From: Mobula hypostoma
Lineage: Eukaryota
Direction: 5' to 3'
Assembly (NCBI RefSeq): GCF_963921235.1
Contig: NC_086101.1
Span: forward strand, 14,694,001 to 14,758,000
Length of the DNA: 64,000 nucleotides
A program made the position numbers and the translations under genes. Positions 26,601-39,184 of the stretch are shown here, one piece after another. The notes beneath the pieces are model-generated. The model made no database searches. It had not been told where the DNA came from and saw only the letters and a program-made list of their open reading frames with translations. The stretch's first letter is position 1, and each line of letters starts with the position of its first letter.

Positions 26601-27196
26601 ATAAGTTTACATTGAACTTTGATATTACAGCCGCCATTCCTCAGCCTTTTCCTTCTGGAGAAAACAATCTCGTTCGTCCCATCCTCTATCACTACGAAAG
26701 TGCTGCTGTCCAATCAACAATGTGGCAGAAGTTCTTCACCAGTTAGTGGTGATAACCTTTGATTACAAAGTTCTTAATGAACCATCCGTACAGTTTGTCT
26801 CACTACAGAACGCTGCCCGTTCTACCTTGAAGTTTCAGCATGTACTAGTTTTATTTTTCCATTTCAGACAAAGATATCTGTATATATGAATGCTCTCTTA
26901 CCTCGCCCTACCTCCACCTCCGTGTTTGCTTTTAGAAATGAATCCCACATGCAAGATACTCTTGTGGTTTTATCTGTTCAACATTTTCAATCTATAATTT
27001 GTGGAAGAGGTTTACACCCACCCAAATTATAACGAAAACTATCAGGCAGAAAAATATAGACATAGTCAAATGTTACCTCCAGTCTACTTATTGATCATGT
27101 TGGAGCAACGCAGAATAGTCAACGCTGCCATTTAGGATTTTCGACTAAACCTCAGGTCAAAACTATCAATCGATGTAAGAACGGTAAACGAGAAGG

Positions 27197-27423
27197 GAAA
27201 CATAGAAACATAGAAAATAGGTGCAGGAATAGGCCATTCGGCCCTTCGAGCCTGCACCGCCATTTATTATGATCATGGCTGATCATCCAACTCAGAACCC
27301 TGCACCAGCCTTCCCTCCATACTCCCTGATCCCCGTAGCCACAAGGGCCATATCTAACTCCCTCTTAAATATAGCCAATGAACTGGCCTCAACTGTTTCC
27401 TGTGGCAGAGAATTCCACAGATT
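27197..27423 (-). mobile_element. Young 5'-truncated CR1 3' end immediately upstream of the gene A TM exon
   Basis: Nearly identical to 51130-51350 in reverse complement; catagaaacatagaaa tail. Confidence 0.88.
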
Positions 27424-27457
27424 TCCGGCTAACCGATATAACTCTATTCATCATCAG

Positions 27458-27586
27458 TGGTTGCTGAATTGTTTCCGAACGAAAGGAAAATCGTTTTGTA
27501 TGTGTCTCCACTCCTGGTTTCTGTGCTCCTCGCCCTGGCGCTGATCATCATCATCATTTACAGGAAACGTTGTGCCCGATCGACAG
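27458..27586 (+). CDS. NCR3-like: Gene A exon: short stalk plus uncharged transmembrane helix, (M)VAELFPNERKIVLYVSPLLVSVLLALALIIIIIYRKRCARST
   Basis: Branch point ctaac at 27429, acceptor catcag|TG, donor G|gtaatt, 129 nt, phase 1-1. About 24 hydrophobic residues followed by RKR stop-transfer residues. Confidence 0.88.
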
Positions 27587-27849
27587 GTAATTACAGATTT
27601 ACTCCTAGTCCGCATAACAGAAATGAAAGCTGGCCACTTGGGCCCTCAGGTAATCACGATCCTTCGATATGATTACGGCTGATCTATACTTGACCATTTA
27701 GAATAATCAATCCAGACCTTCCTACTTGGTTTCAGATCCTCACTGCCTCTTTAAAAAAATTCAGAACTCTTTCAAAACTTTATCTGCCATTACATTAAAA
27801 TGCTTTCAGCGAGTTAGGCTCCAGAGCTCCCTGGAGTAATGAATTCCGG

Positions 27850-30800
27850 AGACTCACGTCGAATGAATAATATTATGGATGTCAGGAATGAGGTTATGGA
27901 ATACTTGGTGACACAAGACAAGGTAGGACAGAGTTAGCATTATTTCCTTAAGGAAACATCTGGCCTGACGAACCTATTGGAATTTTTTGGGATTACCCGT
28001 AGGATAGATAAAGATGATTCAGTGGATGTTGTATATTTGGACTCAGAATGCCTTTGCCAAGGTGCCACACATGGGGCTGCTTACCAAGTTAAGAGCCTAC
28101 TGTATTACGGAAAAGTTACTAGCATGGATAAACTATTGGCTGATTGGAAGGAGGCAGCGTGTCGGAATAAAAGGATCATTTTCTGGCTGGCTGCCAGTGA
28201 ATTACTGGTGTTCTGCAGGGGTCGGTATCAGGGCCGCTTCTTTTTAAGTTGTATGTCAATGATTTAGATGACGGAATAGATGGCTTTGTTGCCAAGTTTG
28301 CAAAGGACACGAAGATTGGTGGAGGGGCAGATAGCTTTGAGGAAACAGGTAGGCTGCAGAAGGACTTCAACAGATTAGGGGAATGAGCAAGAGACTCTCA
28401 GCTGGAATACAATGCAGGAAAATGCATGGTCATCCACTTTGGTAGTAGAAATAAATGTGCAGACTATTTTCTACACGGGTAAAAATCCAAAAATCTGAGA
28501 TGTAAACGGACTTGAGGTTAACTTGCAGGTTGTGTTGGTGATGAGAAAGGCAAATCCAACGTTAGCATTCATTTCAAGAGGTCTAGAATACATGAGCAGG
28601 GATGTGATGCTGAGGATTTATAAGGCACTGGTGAGGCTTCACCTTCAGTATCACGAGCAGATTTTGGCTCCTCATATAAGAAAGAAGAGCTGGCATTGGA
28701 GAGGGTTCAAAAGAGGTTTTCAAGGATGATTCGGGGAATAAAAGGTACGCTTGTTAGCTCTAGGGCTGCAGGCCATAAGACCATAAGGACATAGGAACAT
28801 AAGAAATAGGATCAGGAGTAGGTCATCCGGCCCATCGAGCCTGCCCCGCATTCAATAAGAGTCTGTCCTTAAACTCAGCTCCATCTACCTGCCTTTTCCC
28901 CATAACCCTTGATTCTCATATTATGTAAAAATCTATCTAACTGTATCTTAAATATATTTAGTGAAGAAGCCTCAACTGCTTCCCAGTGTAGAGAATTCCA
29001 CAGATTCACCACACTCTGGGTGTTGCATGGGGGCGTTGGAAGCGGACCCAAGAGCTGGACACAGGCACGGAAGTAGCATTAACAGAAGTATGTTTATTAG
29101 TAGTTGCCAGGAAGGTCGGAGAGCGAGGATTAGGTGCTTACATGAACGTAAACTTTGGACAACAGACCAGAGCAACCTGAACTTGGACTTGGCCATGGAG
29201 TCTGGATTCGGACGCAGAACCCGGACTTGGACCCGGAAGCAGATACGGAATCTGGACTTAGACTTGGACTTGGACACGGAGCCTGGATTTAGACTTGGAC
29301 TCGGACTTGGACACCACTTGGACTCGGACTTGGACACCACTTGGACTCGGACATGGACACCACTTGGACTCGGACATGGAGAGACAGGATTCTCAACTCG
29401 AAGTAGCGGCAAACGGCCGAACCTACTCAGCTAGAAACGAGACGACTAAACCAAACAACAACAGATAGTTCGAATCTTGACACAGAGTAGCTCATGAAGC
29501 GGCAAACGGCCGGCAATCACTCCGCTGGACACGAAGAGCAGAATTCCCAACTCGGAGCGGTGGCAAACGGCCGGACACAGTCAGCTGGAAACGAGAAGAC
29601 TAAACAAAACCTCAGCAGAAAACCAGCACCTTCACTCGAAGTGGGGGCAACTGGCCAGAAACACTCAGCAGGACACGAAAACGACAGAAGTCTCAAAGCA
29701 GCCTAGGCACAAAGGCAGAATTCACGATTCCTGGTGGCCCAGAACGTGCATTACCGCACTCGCTCAGCTGACGTTCCAGACTTCTCGACAGCCCGGAAGC
29801 TGCATTGCCGGACTGTCTTCCGGTAATGGTCCAGCAATGAGTAGATGTAAGCCGGAGTTTTTATGCTGACCCGTTCGAATGAGGGTCAGGTGCCCTAATC
29901 AAGGAGCCCAGTGGAACACGGGAAAAATGAAATTAACTGAAATGAGGAGTCAATGGTCCAGACCGTAACACTGGGAAAAACAGTTTCTCCTCATCTCCGT
30001 CCTAAATCTTCTCCCCTGAATCTTGAGGCAATGTCCCCTAGTTCTAGTCTCACCTACCAGTGGATACAACTTTCCTACTTATATCTTATCTATCCCTTTC
30101 AAAATTTTGTATGTTTCTATAAGATCCTCTCTCATTGTTCAGAATTCCAGAGAGTATAGTCCCAGGCAACTCAATCTCTCCTCATAGATATAAGACCATG
30201 ACATAGGAGCAGAATTAGGCCATTCAACCCATCGACTCTGTCTCGCCATTACATCATGGCTGATTCCGGATCCCACTCAACCCTGTACACCTGCCTTCTC
30301 GCCATATCCTTTGGTGCCTTGACCTTAAATATATGCACGGAATTGGCCTCCATCGCAGTCTGGGACAGAGCATTCCACAGATACACTCTGGCTGAAAAAA
30401 ACCCTCCTTACCTCTGTTCTAAGAAGTCGTCCATCACTTTTGAGGCTGTGCCTTCCAGTTCTGGATATTTCCACCATAGGATACATCCTCACCACATCAC
30501 AGATTTCAATGATAACCCCCGCATTCTTGTAAATTACAGTAAGTGCAGGCATAAAGCTGCCAAACGTTCCTCATATGTTAACCCTTTCATTCCAGCAACC
30601 ATTTTCGAGAACCTCCTTTGGACTCTCTCCAATGATATGACATACTTTCTGAGATACGGTTCCCAAAACTGTTGACAATACTCTAAGTTCAGCTTGACTA
30701 GTGCCTTATAAAGGCTCAGTATTATCTCCTTGCAATTATCCTCTATTCCCCTTGAAATAAATGCCAACATTGCATTTGCCTTCTTTACTACAGACTCAAC

Positions 30801-31270
30801 TTGTAATTTAACGTTCTGGGAGTCCTGCATGACGACTCCTAAGTCCCTCTGCAGTCTGTGTTCCCTCTGTACTCGCTGAAATTTAGAAGGATTGGTGGGG
30901 GAGGTATTTCATTGAAACCTTTCGAATGTTGAAAAGCCTAGACAGGATAGATGAGGAAAATATGTATCCCATGGTGGGGAGAGTGGAGGACAAGAGGGCA
31001 CATAGAGGGGTGTCCATTTAAATCAGTGATGCGGATAATTTTCTTTAGCGAGAGGGTGGTGAATTTGTGGAAGCTATTACCACAGGCAACTGTAGAGGCC
31101 AGGTCGTTGAGTGTATTTAAAGCAGAGCTTGATTGATTCTTGATTGATCATGGCATCAAAAGTTACAGGGAGACATCGGGCTGTGGGGCTGAAGAACGGG
31201 GAAAATGATCAGCCATGATTGAATGGCAGAGCAGATCTACAGTACGTCTTACTACTCTTTGTTTTCGGTC
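27850..31270. mobile_element. CR1 fragments, one of them interrupted by the solo LTR
   Basis: RT motifs such as AFAKVPH and AKFAKDT, plus 3' tails. Confidence 0.8.
29021..29970 (-). mobile_element. Solo LTR (950 bp, TG...CA) with 5-bp TSD CTGGG and an internal degenerate 6-bp (GACTTG/GACTCG) tandem array
   Basis: ctggg|tgttgc ... gtaaca|ctggg at 29016-20 and 29971-75. The host CR1 reads through once it is removed. AATAAA on minus near 29094-99. Confidence 0.85.
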
Positions 31271-31568
31271 CGATAACAAGTCTACTCCAGTATATTACAC
31301 CAAGTTCCATTTTTTCTAACCAGCTTGCTGTATGGGATTTCATGGGAACCTTTTTAAAAATCTAAAGCCATCACATTAATTGGCTCCCCAGATTATTTCC
31401 CCAGATTCTAGCAGATTAGTTAAACGAGATCTTCTTTACATTAACCTGTGTTGTCTCTTCTGAATCTCCTTATCCTTTCCTATGCGCTCCATTGGTGTAT
31501 TCTGTGTTTTACCTAATGCCGACGGGTCAGTCATGTCCTTACTCTGTCTCTCCTTAAAAACAGAGTAG

Positions 31569-31643
31569 ATCACAGTTGCTGTCGTCCAGTCCACAGAAGT
31601 GAAGGGAGCCTACCGTACCCTGACAGATATAACTCTGTATTCA
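31569..31643 (+). CDS. Gene A candidate cytoplasmic mini-exon 1, (D)HSCCRPVHRSEGSLPYPDRYNSVF
   Basis: Pyrimidine tract ...tctgtctctcctt...agtag|ATC and donor TTCA|gtacgt. 75 nt, phase 1-1 and open. An alternative acceptor at 31597 gives EVKGAYRTLTDITLYS (phase 1-0). Confidence 0.5.
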
Positions 31644-32510
31644 GTACGTGGGGGAATAATATTAATATCATCGAACACCAGATGTAAAGTTCTCATTGCT
31701 AAATGTCCGTCAGTTTGGTCAATAACAGAAGAACGCCCGTATTTTATGCAAAAGTTTATTCAAGAAAATGAAATGTATTATACGAATTCTGTATATTGCA
31801 CGAATCTGAAGCTGAAAAAACACGGATTTTGTTTTATAAAATATTAGCACACTTTTCGCCTATTTGTTTGCCCCTAAAAAATGACTATAGATTTTGAGAG
31901 GGTTCTTAAAGGGAGGTAAGAGGAGTATTGGTTCTGATCGTGGAGGAAGAGAAAGAAATACAGCAGGTAGAAAATGTGTAACCCCCCCCCCCCCACACAC
32001 ACACACACACTAATTGTCTTAATGTCAAATTTAATTAATCTTAGGATTAGCAATTATCGAATTCGAGAGTCGGTTTCAATATTTTATTTGTTAATGCGAA
32101 TACTTCGTGCAAAGCGTCATACTGACACTGAAAAATAGTTTAATTTTATAAAGGTTCAGATACGTTAACGACGAAGTATATTTTGCTCTCATAGTTAGGG
32201 AACTAGGATTTAATTTTTTCTCATTTTATTTGTGCATTCGGTTAAAAAAATCATTTGTTTGAAATGTTTTATAGATAAAGAATCCACAACCCAAGCTGTA
32301 CCTAAGGTACGTATCTTATTAAAATTAAAGTTTTTGATCACGTTTTTCCTCTGTGATTACTTGCCATTGTATGTGAGAATTATTGAGGTATAAACAGAGA
32401 TAGTTGTTGTTTTAGAATAATCCAAGCTCCTTGGCTCCAGACACATCAAATTAAGACACTGTACCTGTTAACTTGGTGTTTGATAAAAAGCAATATATTT
32501 ACTGTTCTAG

Positions 32511-32569
32511 ATCATGATGGATTGTGTCCGAAGCCACTATACATAGTTCTTCAGAGGCCCAGCAAGCAG
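32511..32569 (+). CDS. Gene A candidate cytoplasmic mini-exon 2, (N/D)HDGLCPKPLYIVLQRPSKQ
   Basis: tttactgttctag|AT ... CAG|gttata, 59 nt, phase 1 to 0. This is the phase change needed to join the TM exon to the phase-0 ITIM exon. Confidence 0.55.
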
Positions 32570-33429
32570 GTTATATGAAGCAGCTCAACAACTCTTTTTA
32601 GCCCGTTATGCCAAACTTGTGTAAGAGAGAGCAGTAATACAGTGATAGAAAAAGGCTATTGTGTGTTGGCTTGCTGTCGTCGTGACAGATTGAAATGTTT
32701 CGAAGCTGGCGGCGAATCCTCTAAGTAATTTTATTAACACACATATATCATCTAACCGATTTTTCCCAGGATACCACCAATGGCAAAAGAGACAAATTAA
32801 AACAATCCAGCCCACTTATAACAGCTAAATACAAAGCGTCACTGTGGGAGGGTTGAGTTACACCCTTATTACGTTACAAAAGGAGACCATTCGGCCTACG
32901 GGATAGATTTCAACACCCAACAGAGCAAACATATCAAGAGAGCATCTCCTACATTCCCCATTTGCCTACCGCCCCGCAACCGGTAAAACTTCCCTTCTGC
33001 TCAGAGTCACCTATCAACAGGTTCTTGCGATGTGGGAGGAAAACCGAAGACACATTTGTTCATTTATTTCATACAGCACGGTAACACGTCCTTCCGGCCC
33101 AACAAGAACGCGCTGCCCAATTACACCCGAGTGACCAATTATCCCATAATCCATGGAATATGGGAGGAAACTGGTACACCCTGAAGAATCCGACACGGTT
33201 ATTGGGTAAAACCTCTTACAGAGAGCGGCGTGAATCAAACCTGCGTCGCGGCGCTTTGATCGCGTTATGCTAACTGCTGTGCTGCCGTACCGCCCGCGGA
33301 TTCTCGGAGCGACATCCAAGCTACACACAGGCAGCTCCTAAATTCAGAATTGAACCACTTTTCACGAAGCTGTGAGTTAGCAGCATGATTGCTGCCATAC
33401 CCTTGTTAATTGAAATTGGAAACGAAATG

Positions 33430-36360
33430 AGTCATAGAACATAGAACAATATAGAAGAGGAGGAGGGTTATGCTGAACCAAATAAATTAGTAGTCAAATG
33501 GCTAACTAAACTAATCTCTTCTGCCTACATAATATCTATCCATATCCTAATATAATCCTCACGCTCATATGTCTATCTAAATGTTTCCAATGTTTCTACG
33601 TCTGCCATCATAGCATGCAGCGTATTCCAAGCATCCGGCAATTTCTGTAAAAAAAAACTTGCCCCTCACATCTCTTTTGACATTAACCCCTCTCACGGTA
33701 AAAGCAGGCCTTCTGGTCTTAGATATTTCAACGTTTGGAAAAAAATATCTACTGTCCACTCAATCTATGCGTCCCATAATCTTAAAAACTTCTATCATAT
33801 TTCTCCTCAAAATCACCCCAAGTTTAGACCATAAGACTGTAAGACATAGGAGCATAATTAGGCTATTTTGCCCATCAATTCTGCTCCGCCATTCAGTCAT
33901 TGCTGATGCTTTATTCCACTTCTCAACCCCATTTCCCGGACTTCTCCCTGTAACCTTTGATGCAGTGTCCGATCAAGACTGCATCAAGATTGATCAAGAC
34001 CTATCAATCTCTGCCTGAAATACCCCAATGATCTGTCTTCCACAGCAGCAAATTCCACAAATTCAGCACCCTGTGGCTAAAGACATTTCTCCCTATCTGT
34101 GTTATAAAGGGGCGTCCCTCTATCCTCAAGCCGTGCCCTATTGTCCAAGAGTCCCCCACCATGGGCATCATCTTTTCCACATCTACTCGGTCAAGGCCTT
34201 TCAACATTCAAAGGGTTTCAATGAGACACCACATCCCCCCAACATCCTTCTAAATTCCATCCAGCAGAGACCCAGATGTATCAGACAATTCCTCGTTTGA
34301 TAACCACTTCGTTCCCGGAATTATCCATGTGAACCGCCTCTGGACCCTCTCCAATGCCAGCACATCTTTTCATAGATAAGGAGCCCAAAACTGTTCACAA
34401 TACTGTAGGCGAGACCTCAGCAGTGCCTTGTAAAACCACAGCTTCACACCCATACTCTTATATTCAATGCCTCTTGAAATGAATGCTAACATTCCAGTTG
34501 CCTTCCTCAGCATCGACTCAACCTGCAAGTTAACCTTTAAGGTATTCTGCACAAGGACACGCAAGTCCCTATGTATCTCATTTTTTTTGGATTTTTCTCA
34601 CCGTTTAGAAAATAGTCTGCACATTTATTTCTACTACCAAAGTGTATGGCTATGCATTTTCAAACACATGTATTGCATTTGCCACTTTCTTGCCCATTCT
34701 TCTAATCTGTCTAAGTTCTTCTGCAGCCTACAGGTTTCCTTAATACTACCTCCCCTTGAAGCAATTTTTGCATCATCTGCAAACCTGGCAACAAAGCCCT
34801 CTATTCCATCATCTAAATCATTGACATACAACACAAAAAGAAGCGGTCCCAACGCCAACCCCTGTAGAACACTGCTAATCGCTGCCAGCCATCCTGACAA
34901 AGATCCTTTTATTTCCACTCGCTGCTCCAATCAGCCAATGCTATAAGTATATAAGTAACTTTCCTGCAATACCATAGGCTCCTAACTTAGTAAGCAGCTT
35001 CGTGTGTGGCACCTTGTCAAATGCCTTCTGAAAGTCCAAATATACAACATCTACTGCATCTCCTTTAACTATCTTATTTGTAATCGCCTCAAAGAATTCC
35101 AGCAAGTTCGTGAGGCAGGATTTTCCCTTAAGGAAACCATGTTTTCTTTGTACTTTCTTGTCCTGTGTCACAAATTACTCCATAACGCCATCCTAAAAAA
35201 TTGACTCCAATATTTTCCAAATCACTGAGGTCAGGCTTACTGGTCTATATTTTTCTTTCTGCTGCCTTTCTCATTTCCTAAAGAGCGGAATGACATTTGC
35301 AATTTTCCAGCCCTCTGGCACCATGCAGGAGTCCAATGATTTTTTGAAAGATCTTTGCTAATGCTGCCGCGATCTCTAACGCTAACTCTTTTAGAGTCTT
35401 AGGGTGCCGTTCATCTGGTCCATGTGACTTATGTATCTTTAGACCTATCAGTTTTTTGAGCACCTTCTCCCTTGTAATAACAACTGCACTCACTTCTCTT
35501 CCTTCACACATTACATCCTCTTGTTATAGCTCAAGACTTCTCATCCAGGCAGCACCCTGGTGAACCTCTGAAAAGGCTCGACAACCTTCCGAAAATTGGG
35601 CGAGCAGAACTGTATGCAATACTCCAGATGCGGCCTAACTAGAGTTTTATATTCAACTGGGTTTTTGGCTCAATTCCAAGACAACTAAAGGCAAGCATGC
35701 CATATTGCTTCTTAACCACCCTCTCTGCCGCTTTCAGGGAGCTATGAACATGGACCACCAAGATGCCTCTGCTTTTCAATCTCTCTGCTTTATATTTGCC
35801 TTACCACGTGCAACACTTCACAATTGGCTGGGTTAAAATACAGCTGCCATTATGTCCGCCGTTATCTGCAACTAATGGAGATCCCGTTGTGTTCTTTGAC
35901 AGTCTACTACGGTACCACACAACTACCAATCTCCCTGTTATCTTCAAATTTACTTAGCCATACATCTACTGCATACTTTTATCCAGGTCAGTTATAAACA
36001 CCATAAACAACAGAGATCCCAGTACACAACCCTGCAGAACACCATGAATAACAGAGCTCAAGCTAGCATAAGTCCATTCACCCACTACTCTTTGTCTTCC
36101 ATGTGCAAGCCAGTTCTGAATCCAAGCAGATAATTCACCATCTTAAACTTCTGGACGAGCCTCCTACCAAGGAACTTGTCAAGCCCCTTGATAGTATCCA
36201 TGTAAACAACATTCACAAATCTACCTCCATCAGTCACCCTTGTCACCTTGTCAGAAAACACAAATAAGTTTGTAAGACACTTCTTGCCCCTCACAAAGAA
36301 ATGCTAGCTCTCCCTAATTAAACAATAGTTTGCCAGATACTCATAAATGTCATCCCTAAA
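33430..36360 (-). mobile_element. CR1 RT and 3' fragments
   Basis: HGFLKGKSCLTNLLEFF, VLQGLALGPLLF and ARFADDAK. Confidence 0.85.
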
Positions 36361-37967
36361 AGTTCTCTCAAAGGATTCAAAGCTTTCAGTTACATTTAAT
36401 GTCAGAGAAATGTATACAATATACATCCTGAAATGCCTTTTCTTCGCTAACATCTACGAAAACAGTGGAGTGCCCCAAAGAATGAACGACATTTAAGTGT
36501 TAGAACACTAACGACCGCCCCCCCCCGCCCCGACAGCTCCCCTCCCTCCCGCGGGTAAGCGGCAGGAAGCACGATCCCACCTTCCTCCACCGGCAAAAGA
36601 AAAGCATCTGCACCCAGCAGCGAACGTGAGCAAAGCAACAGCAAAGACATCGATTTGCAATTACCCCAAAGACTACATTGTTCACTGGGCATTCGACATG
36701 CCGCAGGCTCTCTCTCAGGGAGAAAGATATGCCTCCGTTTCACAGCGAGCTGGAAGACATAACGAACAACTCGCTGGTTTACGACATTAGAAGTCCGTTA
36801 CGTCGCTTTTTTCGAGCTCTGTGCCCAAAGATCCCGACACTCTGGGCATACAGCCGTAGATCTTCCGGCTCCCCCGGGGATACACGCGTCTCCTGCCGTA
36901 ACACCGACGTCGTGTCTCCAGAGCACCGATATTCTAGGCCTCCAAAGTCGAGCTGAACTTTTAGGCCGAGACCTTGGCGTGCCAAAGAACGACCAGTTCT
37001 GAAACCCCGACAGTAAAGAAGCGTATTCAGCGTGTAACTCCAGGTCAGGGGTCTTCAGAAGGTCCCTGAAAGGGGTAAATAGGAATATTAAAGATGGAAT
37101 TTCTATCTCATGTAACTACCTACTACTGACGCGAGACGCCCCCGGCGATTGTTCATAGGATTAAACCTGGTTCCGTAATAATATAATGGAAGAACATTAG
37201 CTACCCGCCCCACCCCACTCAATCTTGCGGGACCTCACCTTTAGCTAGAGAGGACAGGAAGATATTGATAAAATCCTTTAGCTTGCTTCCCTCAAAACAC
37301 TGGGGTACGTCCTATCAGGCCATGGAGACCTATCCGCCTAAATGCTCTTTAAGTGTCCCGACACTACTTTTCCCCTTACGTACATGGATGATTATGTACT
37401 GGGTACAGGACAATGGGACTAGCGGAATAATGTTTCGGCACTGTCAATAAGTGCCGAATGGACTGTTTTCTGTGCTGTAGCGTTCTATGGTTCTATTGTT
37501 CTCTGGTCAAAATGTCCTGGCATATCAATATGCTCGGCACTGATCTCCCTCTCTTCCACATCCTTCTCCTTTGTAAATACTGATGTGAAGTATTCATTAA
37601 GGTCTTCAACCACATCCTCCGCATTCAAGAAAATGTACCAACACCGCCTTTATCCTTGAGCGGTCCTACATTCTCCATAGTTATCCTCTTGCTCTGGAAG
37701 TATGCATAGAGTGCTTTAGGATTCTTTTTGATCCCACCTCCTAAGGACTTTTCATTACCCCGCCTGGTTTTCCTAATTCCCTTCCTGAGTTATCTTCTGG
37801 CTTCTTTATAATCCACAAGCTTTCTGTTTGATTCTAGCTTCCTCAGCTTTACATACTTTTCTTCTTTTTCTTTTTTACTAAATTCATCACCTCTCTCAAC
37901 AACCAAGGTTCTCTTACCTTGCCATAATTGTCCTTCCTCCTGACTGAAGCATAACTGTCCTGTATTA

Positions 37968-39022
37968 TAGGCAATAGACAATAGACATTAGGTGCAGGAG
38001 TAGACCATTCGGCCCTTCGAGCCAGCACCGCCATTCACTGTGATCATGGTTGATCATCCACAATCAGTATCCAGTTCCTGCCTTATCCCCATATCCCTTC
38101 ACTCCGCTCTCTTTAAGAGCTCTATCTAACTCTTTCTTGAAAGCATCCAGAGAATTTGCCTCCACTGCCTTCTGAGGCAGAGTATTCCACGGATCCACAA
38201 CTCTCTGGATGAAGAGGTTTTTCCTCAACTCCCTTCTAAATGGCCTACCCCTTATTCTTAAACTGTGGGCTCTGGTTCTGGACTCACCCATCAGCGGAAA
38301 AATGCTTCCTGCCTCCAGCGTGTCCAATCGCTTAATAATCTTATACGTTACAATCAGAACCCCTCTCACCCTTCTAAATTCCAATGTATACAAGCCCAGT
38401 CGCTCGATTCTTTCAACATATGACAGTCCCGCCATGCCGGGAATTAACCTTGTGAACCTACGCAACACTCTCTCAATAGCAAGAATATCCCTCCTCAAAT
38501 TTGGAGACCAAAACTGCACACGATACTCCAGGTGTGGTCTCACCAGGGCACTGTACAGCTGCAGAAGGACCTCTTTGTTCCTATACTCAATTCCCCTCGT
38601 TATGAAGGCCAGGATGCCATTAGCATTCTTCACTGCCTGCTGTACCTGCATGCTTGCTTTCAGTGACTGATGTACAAAAACACCTAGATCTCATTGTACT
38701 TGCCCTTTTCCCAACTTGACTCCATTTAGATAATAATCTGCTTTCCTGTTCTTACCACCAAAGTGGATAACCTCACATTTATCCACATTAAACTGCATCT
38801 GCCATGCATCTGCCCACTCACCCAGCCTGTCCAAGTCACCCTGCATTTTCATAACATCCTCCTCACATCTCACACTGCCACCCAGCTTTGTGTCATCTGC
38901 AAATTTGCTAATGTTACTTTTAATCCCTTCATCTAAATCATTAATGTATATTGTAAACAGCTGCCGTCCCAGCACTGAACCCCGCGGTACCCCACTGGTC
39001 ACCGCCTGCCATTCCGAAAGCG
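37968..39022 (-). mobile_element. Young CR1 3' fragment nested in an older minus-strand CR1 (about 37480-39180)
   Basis: Long open frames at 38064-38651 and 38691-39056 and a (caataga)n tail. The host resumes after 39022. Confidence 0.85.
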
Positions 39023-39184
39023 ACTTCTGTGAAGTTGGTCTTTTAATAGCCTCCACATGTCAGATTTGTCCTTGCGCAAAAACAGTTGTTCCCTATTAAT
39101 CCTCCCTAGTTCTTGCATAATGCTCTCTTAATTTCCCTGTTTCAATTTAATACTCTCCTGTGAGGTCCACAGTGGTATCAAAAC

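Noticed and set aside
28961-29434. Overlapping 146-157 aa ORFs on both strands
   Set aside because: By-product of the stop-free hexamer array inside the solo LTR.
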